Below, one piece after another: positions 36,623-46,464 of a stretch of DNA of 64,000 bases (position 1 is its first letter; each line of letters opens with the position of its first letter). The translations under genes were made by a program, and so were the position numbers. The DNA is taken from contig OY760183.1 of assembly GCA_963663275.1 (NCBI GenBank), forward strand, positions 1,664,001 to 1,728,000, in the 5' to 3' direction. Below the pieces are notes generated by a model, which was not told the origin of the DNA, did not search any database, and worked only from the letters and a program-made list of their open reading frames with translations. Source of the stretch: Chloroflexota bacterium (lineage in GTDB: Bacteria; Chloroflexota; UBA11872; VXOZ01).

Positions 36623-38826
36623 TTCAATGCCTCAACAATTCGGGTCACATTGGCGCGCACCATGCCAAGGTACGTGCCGGCGTCGCTGTCCTCCGGCCCA
36701 AGCGATCCTGAGTAGAGCTGGACCACCTCCGCGCCGGTCTCCCTCGCGACGGCCTGTGCCAGCCTGTCACTGACAGTCGTCTCGCCAAACAATGCCGGCA
36801 CCTCATGCTCGCGAATCACGTCGACCAGTGCCGCAATGTGCTCCGCGGAGGGCTCCACGTGCGTTGAGAGTGACGGGATGACCAGACCGACCACCTCGAA
36901 CCCATACGCCTTCGCAAAGTAGGCGAGGCTGTCGTGTGACGTAACCAACAGTCTGCGCTCCGGCGGCAACACGCTGACCTGCTCTTGGATCCAGGCGTGT
37001 AGCTCGTCGAGCTTCACCTCGTACTCAGCCGCATTTTGGTAGTAGAGGCTCGCGTTGTCCGGGTCTAGAATCGCAAGCCGGGCGGCTATCTCGTTGACGG
37101 CGATCTTCACGCGGATCGGATCGAACCAGAAGTGAGGATCGTACGCGCCGTGCGCGTGTCCATCATGGCCATGTTCGTCTTCGTGTTCAGCATGTCCCGC
37201 GATTCCTACGAAGGTAATCTTGGTGGGCACGCCCTCTACGTGCCAGTGCCGGACCACCTCCAGGTCGTGCTCGTCTAGCTGCAGCACCTCGCCTCCCACC
37301 GAGTCCGTGACGAAGATTGCGCCTGGCGCCACGGCCAGGTGCGGGCGCGTCCAGAAGCCTGTCTCCACCGGTGTCGCCAGGAAGCCGGCCTTGGAAGCCA
37401 TCAGATCCCCGTCGTGAGCGTCATACACACGAAGTTCACCGTCGCTCATGACCACCAACAGAGTCTCACCACCATGGCCAAACTGGATTTGGATTGGGTG
37501 GAGGCTATCCGTAGCGGCGAGGAGCAACTCCATCGTCTCCTCTTCCGGCTCCACGACGTACAGCCCGGACGCCGAGCCCAGGGCAAAGAAGTGATCCAGG
37601 CCGTGGAAGCCCCAAACGTCTGTCACCTGGAAGTCTTCAGCAACCCCGTCCGGCGCTATGAAGACATGGGAATACTCGCCATCATGAGCCTCCAGAACCA
37701 AGACGCCCCCGAGGCATCCGAATGCGGCCTCGTGGCCGTTGCTTGTGCCTCCCTGCAGCGAGTCGCAACCCTCAGCGCTGTAGAGGACAGTGCCGTCCAG
37801 TTCTCTTATCTCCGCGCCAATCGGAAGCCGAGCGTCAGCGTTGCCGGGGTAATCCGGATGCTTGATGGTTACGGCGAACAGATCGTCATCCAGGGGTACC
37901 GCCGCTCCATGCTGGGGGCCTGCGTCCATCCGTAGAGGAACATAGCTGTCCCCATGCTCTTCCAGTTCATGTAGGTCGAGAAGCACCACTTCACCGGAGC
38001 CCGCGTAGAAGATCGCCGCCCAATCATCGCCAATATGCACGTTCACGGGACTGTCCCCGCTCAAGTCCAGGGGAAGCATACGCGTGTCTGATTCTACCAG
38101 GTCTTCGTGGTCTCCATGAGCCTCCATGAATATCCCGCCATCGAAGACGTGAGCCGTGTCGGCTTCCGCGGAGACGGCGAATGCAAAGCGGCCATTCTCG
38201 GTGGAGTAGATCAGGCCGGCCCGCGAACCCAGGTCGAAGCGGTTCTGGTCCACCGCGCCGGTTTCCAGGTCGATGACGGAAACTTTCCCTTCCTCGCCAT
38301 CGCCGACGAGCAAGCGCCCTATGAGCATCTCGTCATGGTGGTCGCCTTCATCCTCGTGATCGTCATGCATAGCGATCTCGGTGAACTCGATCGGATCGAC
38401 GCTTTCACCAAGCGCGACTATCTTGGATTCATCCGCACTGGCGTTGTGCAAGAGTTCCTCCAGCCAAGCGGCCTCCAGCAAGAGGCCGACAGACAAGACG
38501 AGATCCGCATCGGCTACCCTGGCAATGTCGCGGGGTGTGGGCTGGAAGTGGTGCGGGTCGCCACCCACCGGCAGCAGGCTGAAGACCTCCACTCTGTCTC
38601 CGCCTACCACCCGCGCCCAATCTGCCAGGAAGTTGGTGGTTGTCACCACCTGTAGCCGCGGCAAGTCGGCTTTGGGCGCCTCCTCGACAGGCGCTTGGGA
38701 ATCCTCGTCACTTGCGCAGGCAGCCAGGAAAGCCATAGCGAATACGACAAGACCCACAGCTACCGTTTGCGCCAACCGCCCGAAGCGATTATTGCGACTA
38801 AGTGTCGGGAGCATTCCGATTTCCAT
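36619..38826 (-). CDS. ZnuA/AztC-type metal-binding lipoprotein with an inserted AztD-like beta-propeller
   Basis: Lipobox LAAC; N-lobe GGDPHHFQPTP; ~375-aa insert with HGDH, HGAAVP, AFGC..GV; C-part DPHFWFDP, TSHDSLAYFA. Confidence 0.8.
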   Translation of the reverse strand: MEIGMLPTLSRNNRFGRLAQTVAVGLVVFAMAFLAACASDEDSQAPVEEAPKADLPRLQVVTTTNFLADWARVVGGDRVEVFSLLPVGGDPHHFQPTPRDIARVADADLVLSVGLLLEAAWLEELLHNASADESKIVALGESVDPIEFTEIAMHDDHEDEGDHHDEMLIGRLLVGDGEEGKVSVIDLETGAVDQNRFDLGSRAGLIYSTENGRFAFAVSAEADTAHVFDGGIFMEAHGDHEDLVESDTRMLPLDLSGDSPVNVHIGDDWAAIFYAGSGEVVLLDLHELEEHGDSYVPLRMDAGPQHGAAVPLDDDLFAVTIKHPDYPGNADARLPIGAEIRELDGTVLYSAEGCDSLQGGTSNGHEAAFGCLGGVLVLEAHDGEYSHVFIAPDGVAEDFQVTDVWGFHGLDHFFALGSASGLYVVEPEEETMELLLAATDSLHPIQIQFGHGGETLLVVMSDGELRVYDAHDGDLMASKAGFLATPVETGFWTRPHLAVAPGAIFVTDSVGGEVLQLDEHDLEVVRHWHVEGVPTKITFVGIAGHAEHEDEHGHDGHAHGAYDPHFWFDPIRVKIAVNEIAARLAILDPDNASLYYQNAAEYEVKLDELHAWIQEQVSVLPPERRLLVTSHDSLAYFAKAYGFEVVGLVIPSLSTHVEPSAEHIAALVDVIREHEVPALFGETTVSDRLAQAVARETGAEVVQLYSGSLGPEDSDAGTYLGMVRANVTRIVEALK

Positions 38827-39286
38827 CTCTCCTCCTCTTTCGTCTGTTTGGTTACTCGATGCTGTCTTTGGCGCTCAGCCAAAGCGTTACGATGCGCGTG
38901 TAAACCGTGGACGGCCAATACCTTTAGAGAGATCCCTACCAATGAGGAATTCACCAATCGGTCTTGGCAGTCCCACTCTTGCGAACGCCGAGCGAATGCG
39001 ACGCAGGTTGCAAACCTACTCTACCGGAAGGAACTGATCGCAGGTTGCAAACCTGCGCTACCGGACGGGATTAACCGCGGGATACAAGCCTTCTCACACC
39101 CATCCCGGCCTCTCCCCGTCATATTGGGGAACACCCTGCGCCAGTCCACAGCCGGCCGTAATGGCCGCACGTCCGGTTCCAGTCGCGGCGGCGAGGACAC
39201 GGCGTCAACTCAATCAAGGATGATCCAGTATAGTCCAGACCTCCTATCGCAATGCATACGAACACTCACTTCCAATTGGCACAGGT

Positions 39287-39319
39287 AGTGTAGCATTTAA
39301 TGAGAACAGTTGTCAATTA
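39287..39319 (-). promoter_or_regulatory. Sigma70 promoter overlapped by a Zur/Fur-like operator upstream of the znu-like operon
   Basis: Minus strand TTGACA-N18-TACACT with extended TG; imperfect palindrome TTAATGAGAAC-A-GTTGTCAATTA. Confidence 0.7.
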
Positions 39320-39538
39320 GAGGCAAGAAGCGCCTCAATCCGCGGGCATGAAGAGGAAACGGAATGATAGACGGCCCCGGCCACCGTTGCCTGGCAGCGC
39401 TTCCTTGCCTTCACCCATGCCCACGCGAAACTTCGTTCGACCCGGCAGCGGGCCGGCCCAGGCACACGGCTCTTGGCGCCGCCTCCGCCGTGTGGGCAGC
39501 CCTCTCACACAGGCCGAGACCTGATCAATTGTCCGCGT

Positions 39539-40531
39539 TCAGCGCGTCTCGTCTTCGTATAAGTGACAGGCAACCGTATGGCCGGTGCCTACCTCCCTGG
39601 TCGGCGGCATGACCTGCTTGCACACGGGCATCACGTGGGCGCAGCGCGGGTGAAACGGGCAGCCTGACGGGGGATGGAGCGGGCTGGGCACGTCGCCGCC
39701 GAGCACGATCCGCTCCTGGCGCTCTCCCGGTCGCGGCTGCGGAATGGCCGAGAGCAGCGCCTGGGTATAGGGATGCCGGGGCTGCCGGTACAACTCGTCG
39801 CCGGGCGCGGTCTCCACCAGTTTGCCGAGATACATCACCCCGATCCGGTCCGCGATGTACCGGACCACCGCCAAGTTGTGGGCGATGAACAGGTAGGTCA
39901 GGCCGCGCGCGGCCTGTACGTCGCGCAGCAGGTTGAGAACTTGCGCCTGCACCGAGACGTCCAGCGCCGAAACCGGTTCATCGCAGACGATGAGTTGGGG
40001 TTGCAGGACCAGCGCCCGGGCAATGCCGATACGCTGGCGTTGCCCCCCGCTGAACTCGTGCGGGTAACGCCGCGCGTATTCGGGACGCAGGCCGACGGCC
40101 GTGAGCGCCTCATGCACCTGCGCCTCTCGCTCGCGCTGCGTGCCCAAGCCGTGCACAACCAATCCCTCAGCGATGCTGGCGCCGACGGTCACACGTGGAT
40201 TCAGGGAGCCATAGGGGTCTTGGAAGATGATCTGGGCCTGCCGGCGCCAGGCGGCGAGGGCGCGGCCGCGCAGTTTGAACACGTCCTGTCCGGCAAAGCG
40301 CACGCGGCCGCCGGTCGCGGGAATGAGGCGCAGGATGACGCGCCCGGTCGTGGTCTTGCCGCAGCCCGATTCTCCTACGAGGCCAAACGTCTCGCCGCGC
40401 CGGATGTGGAAGGAGACTCCATCGACTGCCCGCACCGCCGGCCGGCGACCGATCCGGCTTCCCCGCACCGGAAAGTGCTTGACCAGGTCTCTGACCTGGA
40501 GCAGCGGCTCTGTCTCGCGTGTGCCGCTCAT
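39539..40531 (-). CDS. Peptide/nickel ABC ATPase (OppF-like)
   Basis: [43 protein letters not shown]. Confidence 0.92.
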   Translation of the reverse strand: MSGTRETEPLLQVRDLVKHFPVRGSRIGRRPAVRAVDGVSFHIRRGETFGLVGESGCGKTTTGRVILRLIPATGGRVRFAGQDVFKLRGRALAAWRRQAQIIFQDPYGSLNPRVTVGASIAEGLVVHGLGTQREREAQVHEALTAVGLRPEYARRYPHEFSGGQRQRIGIARALVLQPQLIVCDEPVSALDVSVQAQVLNLLRDVQAARGLTYLFIAHNLAVVRYIADRIGVMYLGKLVETAPGDELYRQPRHPYTQALLSAIPQPRPGERQERIVLGGDVPSPLHPPSGCPFHPRCAHVMPVCKQVMPPTREVGTGHTVACHLYEDETR

Positions 40532-41583
40532 GGCGGCGCCTGCCCGGAGACGGATGACTGGGCGCCACCGGCCGGCGGCGCGGAAGCGTGCAGCCAGCAG
40601 CGGACGCGGTGGCCCGGCCCTGCGGCTACCTCCGGTGGCCGTTCGGTCATGCAATGTGGCAGCGCATGGGGGCAGCGCGGGGTGAAGGCGCAGCCGGCCG
40701 GCAGCCGGCTCGGATGCGGCACGCTGCCCGCGATGGCCGGGAGTTGCCGGCTGCGGTCGGTGGCAAGTGAGGGCATGCTCATGAGCAGCCCTTGGGTGTA
40801 GGGGTGTTGCGGGGCCTTGAACAAGGTCTCGACCGGCGCGTACTCGACGATTCGCCCGGCATACATAACGGCCACGTCGTCGGCCAACTCAGCAATCACT
40901 CCCAGATCGTGGGTAATGAACAGCAGACTCATCCCCAACTCTTCCTGAAGTTCCCGGAGCAGATCGAGGACTTGGGCCTGAATGGTCACGTCAAGCGCCG
41001 TCGTTGGCTCGTCCGCGATCAGCAAGGCTGGGCGGCACGCCAGGGCCATCGCGATCATTACACGCTGGCGCATGCCGCCGCTCAGTTCGTGGGGATACGC
41101 GCGGGAGCGCTCGGCCGGAGCCGGGATTCCCACCTGGTGGAGCAACGCGACCGCTTGCTCCCGCGCCGCGCGTCGATTCACGCGCCGGTGTACGCGAACC
41201 GCCTCCGCAATCTGATCCCCGACCCGTTGCACGGGATTGAGCGAGGTCATCGGTTCCTGGAAGATCATCGCGATGTCCCGGCCGCGAATCCTCTGCCGCT
41301 CCCGTTCGCGGAGCGTGAGTAGATTACGGCCTTCCAGCCGGATCTCACCGGCAAGCTCGCAGGCCGGCGGCGAGGGCAGCAACCCCATCAGGGCCAAAGC
41401 CGTGACGGACTTGCCGCAGCCGGATTCGCCGACCAAACCGAGAATGCGCCCCGGCCCGATGTCGAAGGCCGCGTCCTGCACGGCAGGCACGTCGCCGTCG
41501 GAGGTGGCAAACGAGACGCATAGCCCTTGCACCGCAAGCAGAGGCGTTTGCTCTGAGTGGGATTGCTTTGATATTTCGGCCAT
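40528..41583 (-). CDS. Peptide/nickel ABC ATPase (OppD-like)
   Basis: [34 protein letters not shown]. Confidence 0.92.
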   Translation of the reverse strand: MAEISKQSHSEQTPLLAVQGLCVSFATSDGDVPAVQDAAFDIGPGRILGLVGESGCGKSVTALALMGLLPSPPACELAGEIRLEGRNLLTLRERERQRIRGRDIAMIFQEPMTSLNPVQRVGDQIAEAVRVHRRVNRRAAREQAVALLHQVGIPAPAERSRAYPHELSGGMRQRVMIAMALACRPALLIADEPTTALDVTIQAQVLDLLRELQEELGMSLLFITHDLGVIAELADDVAVMYAGRIVEYAPVETLFKAPQHPYTQGLLMSMPSLATDRSRQLPAIAGSVPHPSRLPAGCAFTPRCPHALPHCMTERPPEVAAGPGHRVRCWLHASAPPAGGAQSSVSGQAPP

Positions 41584-41625
41584 CGGTGCTCGCTTGTACT
41601 CCCAGTTTAGCAAATCTTCTTTCGA

Positions 41626-42561
41626 TTAGCGGTGCCGCGAGCGCGGATCCAGGGCCGCGCGCAGCCCGTCTCCAAGCAAGTTGCACGCCAAGACGGACAG
41701 GAGAATGCACAGCCCCGGCAAGAGGACCAGATGCGGCGCTTGGTCGAGGTAGGTGCGGGCGTCGTTCAGCATCGCGCCCCATTCCGGGGTCGGCGGCTGG
41801 ATGCCCAAGCCCAGAAAGCTGAGCGATGAAATCATCAGGATGATGTGGCCCAGGTCCAGCGTGGCGAGCACCACGATGGGGCCGATGATATTGGGCAGGA
41901 TGTGCCGCGCCATGATACGCAGGTTCGAGGCGCCCAGCGCGCGTGCCGCCAGCACGAACTCCCATTCGCGGGCCGCGAGCGTCGCGGCGCGAAAGATGCG
42001 GGCGTGATCGGCCCAGCCGACGGCGATGATGGCGATCAGGAGGCTCTGGAGGCTGGGGCCGAGAAAGCCGACCAATGCCAGCGAAAGGATCAGCCGCGGC
42101 AGCGCCAGTAACACGTCGATACCGCCCACCACGACGCGGTCTACCCACCCGCCGAGAAAACCGGCCGAAATGCCGATCGCCAGACCAACGAGGAGCAACC
42201 CGATGGTCGTGGGAATGGCGCTCCCCAGGGTGGCGCGGGCGCCGTAGATGAGCCGGCTCGCCAGGTCGCGGCCCAGTTGGTCGGTCCCGAGCGGATAGCG
42301 CGCGCTGGGGCCTTGCAGTTTGTCGCTCAAGTGAATGGCGAGCGGATCGTGCGGCGCGATGAGGGGCGCCGCTGCCGCGACGGCGACGAACAGACCCAGC
42401 AAGATCAGGCCGCCGAGCGCCGCCCGATCGGCCCGTAACACCTGTCGCGCCGCGCGCCACGGGGAGTGCTCGCCGACCGCATAGAGCTCTTCGTCGCGCA
42501 GCGTCTCCGTTGGCGCCGGGGCGGCCGGCAGCGCGGGGCTAGGCATGGTCGTCGCCTCCAC
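41626..42561 (-). CDS. Peptide/nickel ABC permease (OppC/NikC-like)
   Basis: [29 protein letters not shown]. Confidence 0.92.
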   Translation of the reverse strand: MEATTMPSPALPAAPAPTETLRDEELYAVGEHSPWRAARQVLRADRAALGGLILLGLFVAVAAAAPLIAPHDPLAIHLSDKLQGPSARYPLGTDQLGRDLASRLIYGARATLGSAIPTTIGLLLVGLAIGISAGFLGGWVDRVVVGGIDVLLALPRLILSLALVGFLGPSLQSLLIAIIAVGWADHARIFRAATLAAREWEFVLAARALGASNLRIMARHILPNIIGPIVVLATLDLGHIILMISSLSFLGLGIQPPTPEWGAMLNDARTYLDQAPHLVLLPGLCILLSVLACNLLGDGLRAALDPRSRHR

Positions 42562-43507
42562 CCTGCGCCCGCGCGCCCAAGCGGATGCGCGGATCGATTA
42601 CGGCGTAGAGCAGGTCGGTCGCCAGATTGACGAGCACGAACGTCAGGCCGGCAATCAGCACGAAGCCCTGGATGATGGGGTAGTCGCGCGCGTAGATCGC
42701 GTCCACCACCAGCTTGCCCACGCCCGGCCACGCAAAGATCGTCTCGACGATGGCCGCCCCGCCGAGGAGTTGGCCGAACTGGGTGCCGGCGACCGTGACG
42801 ACCGGGAGGAGCGCGTTCCGCAACGCATGTCTGAGCACGACCACCCCCTTGCTCAGGCCCTTGGCGTAGGCCGTGCGAATATAGTCTTGCCCCAAGACTT
42901 CCAACACGCTGGCGTGGGTCAGCCGGACGAGTGTACCCATCGTGAAGACGCTGAGGGAAATGGCAGGCAAGATCAGGTACCGGGGGTGGCCGTCGCCGTA
43001 GCCCGCGACCGGCAGAAGCCGCAGCGTCACGGCGAAAGCATAGACCAGGATCAGCGCCACCGCAAAACTCGGCAGCGAGGCGCAGAGCAAGGCGAGCACC
43101 CGGCCGGCTTCGTCCACCAGCGAGCCGCGGTACACGGCCGTCACCGTGCCAATCGAAACTCCCAAGACCAGGGCCAGGAGCAGGGCGGCCGTGGCGAGCT
43201 TGACCGTCGCGGGAATGCGCCGGGCCAATTCCGGCAACACCGGCACGCGGTCGGTGTACGTCAGTCCCAGGTCCCCGCGGGCCACGTCACCGAGCCAGCG
43301 GACGTAACGCAGCGGCATGGGAGCGTTGAGTCCCAACTCCTCCTGTTTGGCCGCGATTTCCGCCGCCGTTGGCTCCTGGTCGCCTTGGCTCAGGGCGAGC
43401 TCGGCCGGATCGCCCGGCGAAAGATTGGCCAGGAGAAAGGCCAGCAGCGAGACGCCCAGGAGCACCGGTACCAGCGCGAGGAGACGGCTCAACGTGTAGC
43501 GGACCAT
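42539..43507 (-). CDS. Peptide/nickel ABC permease (OppB/NikB-like)
   Basis: PGDPA, YIRTAYAKGL, HALRNAL, ETIFAWPG, RDYP, DPRIR. Confidence 0.92.
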   Translation of the reverse strand: MVRYTLSRLLALVPVLLGVSLLAFLLANLSPGDPAELALSQGDQEPTAAEIAAKQEELGLNAPMPLRYVRWLGDVARGDLGLTYTDRVPVLPELARRIPATVKLATAALLLALVLGVSIGTVTAVYRGSLVDEAGRVLALLCASLPSFAVALILVYAFAVTLRLLPVAGYGDGHPRYLILPAISLSVFTMGTLVRLTHASVLEVLGQDYIRTAYAKGLSKGVVVLRHALRNALLPVVTVAGTQFGQLLGGAAIVETIFAWPGVGKLVVDAIYARDYPIIQGFVLIAGLTFVLVNLATDLLYAVIDPRIRLGARAQGGGDDHA

Positions 43508-43602
43508 TGTATTGACTCCTCGCAAACGAGGCGGCGGCTGGGGCCCTCAGCCGCCAGCCGGCCCCTGCCGCCGCCTCGGACGAACCACGTTGCCGACCGG
43601 AA

Positions 43603-45252
43603 TCAGTCCACGGAGATATCCGCCAGGGTCGGCTGGTAGAGCGCGCTCACGTTGTAGCCCTTCACGGCTGGGTGGTGGGCATAGACGACGTGATCGTAGA
43701 GCAGCGCCGCGAAGCGCACGTCATTGAACGCGATCTCCTGCAACTGGTCGTACAGGGCTCTGCGCTCATTGTAGTCTAGCGCGACGGCTGCCTGTTCGAT
43801 GAGACTGTCGACCTCGGGGTCGTTATAGTCGAAGTGCCGCGTAGCATTGGTATTGCCCTGCGAGTGCATGAAGCGGCTGAAGATGTAGTCAGGATCACCG
43901 TTGGCCCAGCCGAAGGTGCTCACGGTCAGGTTATAGTCCCCGTTCGCAACCACTTCTTTCCAAGCCGCATGCTCGATGAGCTGGAGTTCGGCGTCCAAGC
44001 CCAGCGGCGCAATGACGGCCTGGATGACTTCAAACAGGCTCTTGTAGGGGTAACGGTTGTTCTGCAGCGACGAGATGGGCGCTGTGATCTTCATCCGCTG
44101 ACCGCCGAGGGCCGCTTGCGCCAACTCCTGCGCCTTTTGCGGGTTGTATTCCGGGACGAGGTCCTGGCGCGCCCACGTGGTGGCAAACGACGGCAAGATA
44201 CTCTTCCCGGCCGTGGCAAAGCCATGCCACAGGTCGGACGCCAGCGACTCCCGGTCGATGGCCATGTTCACTGCCTGGCGCATCTCGGGCTTGTCGAACG
44301 GCGGTTTCCTACTGTTGAACGACAGGTACTGGAAGAGCGCGATGGGCTTTGAATTCACGACCACTGCGCCCTCTCCGCGCAACTGCGCGCCCTGTTGCGG
44401 CTGCAAACCACCGAGGTCGACCACGCCGTCAATCTCACCGGAGCGCAACGCCGCGACACGCGTATTGGGGTCCGGCAAGGAGCGAAGGATGATTTGCTTC
44501 ACCGCCGGCGCGCCGCGATGGTACCGATCAAAGGCCTCCAGAATGAGGTGTTGGCCTTTCTCCCACTCGACAATCTTGAACGGCCCGGTGCTCGCCGGCG
44601 GCGCATTGAAGCTCCCTTCGGCCGTAAAGGATGCCGGTGAGAACATCGCCGAGTAGAAATTAGACATCGTGTGCGGCAGCGCGGGCCGGGGCTGGCCCAG
44701 AGTCAGCCGCACCGTGCTCGCGTCCACCGCCTCGACCTTCTCGAACTCGCCCAGGGCCCGTTCCTTGCTGTAGCCGAAAAAGCGCGAACTGCGCGGGCTG
44801 ATCTTGACGTAGCGCTCGATATTGGCGGCAACAGCGCCGGCATCGAACTCACCGCCATCATGGAAGGTTATCCCGGGGCGGAGCTTGATGGTCCACACCC
44901 GCGCATCGTCGCTCGATTCCCACGACTCGGCCAACTCGGGCTGGGGCACCAGATCGTTGTCCAGTTTGGAGAGACTGTTCCACGCATTCACGATTAGATG
45001 CGTGAAATACGGGTCTTCAAGACCATTGGCCAGGTCGCGCGGGGCCGCGAGGATGAGTTCCTCGCTGCTGCGGTTGCGGGGAGGCGCATCGGCCGACCCT
45101 TGTGCGCTCGGCGCCTTCGTCTCGCCCTGAGCGTCGGCTGCGTCTGCGGGTCCCGGGGAGCCCGCCGGTCCACAGGCGGCCGCCAAGGCGGCAAGTCCGG
45201 TTGCTGCCGCGCCGGCGAGAAAACTGCGCCGGTTGAGTTGCGTATCCTTCAC
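43603..45252 (-). CDS. Family 5 ABC substrate-binding Tat lipoprotein (NikA/OppA-like)
   Basis: NRRSFL Tat motif, AAAC lipobox, LAESW, LRPGITFHDG, TGPF, RQAVNMAIDR. Confidence 0.9.
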   Translation of the reverse strand: MKDTQLNRRSFLAGAAATGLAALAAACGPAGSPGPADAADAQGETKAPSAQGSADAPPRNRSSEELILAAPRDLANGLEDPYFTHLIVNAWNSLSKLDNDLVPQPELAESWESSDDARVWTIKLRPGITFHDGGEFDAGAVAANIERYVKISPRSSRFFGYSKERALGEFEKVEAVDASTVRLTLGQPRPALPHTMSNFYSAMFSPASFTAEGSFNAPPASTGPFKIVEWEKGQHLILEAFDRYHRGAPAVKQIILRSLPDPNTRVAALRSGEIDGVVDLGGLQPQQGAQLRGEGAVVVNSKPIALFQYLSFNSRKPPFDKPEMRQAVNMAIDRESLASDLWHGFATAGKSILPSFATTWARQDLVPEYNPQKAQELAQAALGGQRMKITAPISSLQNNRYPYKSLFEVIQAVIAPLGLDAELQLIEHAAWKEVVANGDYNLTVSTFGWANGDPDYIFSRFMHSQGNTNATRHFDYNDPEVDSLIEQAAVALDYNERRALYDQLQEIAFNDVRFAALLYDHVVYAHHPAVKGYNVSALYQPTLADISVD

Positions 45253-45307
45253 AGCACAAACCTCCTATTGCAATTCATACGCAATACCATTCCCAATAAA
45301 CGGGGAT

Positions 45308-45339
45308 AGTGTAGAATTAACGAGAACTGTTGTCAAGTA
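45308..45339 (-). promoter_or_regulatory. Second copy of the promoter plus Zur/Fur-like operator, upstream of the opp/nik-like operon
   Basis: Minus strand TTGACA-N17-TACACT; TTAACGAGAAC-T-GTTGTCAAGTA. Confidence 0.7.
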
Positions 45340-45537
45340 AAGAGAGGAAGCGTCCCAAGCCCCGGGCACGAAGAGGGAGCGGAAAGAGACACGATGCAGG
45401 CCGTCACGCTCGCGCCGAGCGTCCTCTGCAACAGGTTCGGATCAGGCGCGGGTCCGATGTGGACAACAGAGCTTTCCGTTTTTTGAGCCGGGAGAGTGCG
45501 GAAGCTTCTCCGGCCAGGTTACAAAGGAGTACATTGC

Positions 45538-46410
45538 GTGAAACTACCGATGGAAGGAACGAGCGAAACGCCCCGCCTGCCGTTCGACCCATTTGCGCTC
45601 TGGCGCGCGGAACAGCAAGCGGGCACAGACCGGGGCCCCAGACTGGACGATGCGGTGGATTTGGCGGTCTGGCGGGAACTCGCCCACGACTTCGACGGAC
45701 CGAATACACAGACGAAGCGCGCTCCCGACTTGCTGGGGCGGGTGCTGGAGTTGGCCCCTGCGGGCGCTTCGGTCCTCGACATTGGAGCCGGCACGGGAAA
45801 CTACGCGCTCCCGCTGGCGGAGAAGGGTTGCGCCGTGACCGCCCTTGAATACAGCCCCGACATGTTGGCCGTATTGAGGCGCAAACTGGAGGAGCAGGGG
45901 GTTGAGGGCGTCACTCCCCAGCCGGATAGGTGGGAGGATACGCAGATTGCTCCCCACGACTACGTGCTCGCCGCCAACTGCCTCTACCGCACTGACGACC
46001 TGCGCTACGCGCTGGAGCGGTTCTCGGCGCTGGCGCGTTCGCGTGTGCTCGTCATCTTCAGCATTGGCACGCCGCACGTGCTTCTGAACGCACTCAGCCA
46101 GGCGCTTGGTAGAGGTCCATTCATTACCGGCGCGGGGCCGGACCACGTTGTCTGGGGCTTGCAGGCGCTGGGCGTGCTGCCATGGGTGGAGCCCTTCAAC
46201 GTGAGGCGAAAACTGCAATTCGCGGATCTTCCTGAAGCGGCGCGCCAGCTTGGACGGACGCTGAATCTAAAGGCCGATGATCACAGTCGCGCCATTGACG
46301 TTCTCGCGTCTCTGCTGCAGCCGGTGGCAACCGGTTGGGAATATCCCTACACCTTGACGATTCCGCTTATCCATTGGGAGGCGGCGGCTCTGCGCGCCAA
46401 CGACCGTTAG
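45538..46410 (+). CDS. Class I SAM-dependent methyltransferase
   Basis: VLDIGAGTG, VTALEYSPDML; GTG start after AAAGGAG. Confidence 0.85.
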   Translation: MKLPMEGTSETPRLPFDPFALWRAEQQAGTDRGPRLDDAVDLAVWRELAHDFDGPNTQTKRAPDLLGRVLELAPAGASVLDIGAGTGNYALPLAEKGCAVTALEYSPDMLAVLRRKLEEQGVEGVTPQPDRWEDTQIAPHDYVLAANCLYRTDDLRYALERFSALARSRVLVIFSIGTPHVLLNALSQALGRGPFITGAGPDHVVWGLQALGVLPWVEPFNVRRKLQFADLPEAARQLGRTLNLKADDHSRAIDVLASLLQPVATGWEYPYTLTIPLIHWEAAALRANDR

Positions 46411-46464
46411 GCGCAGGCGCGTTGCTGGCGCGGGATTGCGCCAGCATCTTCCAGGGTTAGCGCG

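Noticed and set aside
39119-39217. 32-aa Cys/His-containing minus-strand ORF as a metal-sensing leader peptide
   Set aside because: TTG start about 22 nt from the RBS, with no other support
38827-39240. Riboswitch in the long leader of the znuA-like gene
   Set aside because: Only short hairpins and REP copies were seen, with no recognisable aptamer. An Rfam/Infernal scan would be needed.
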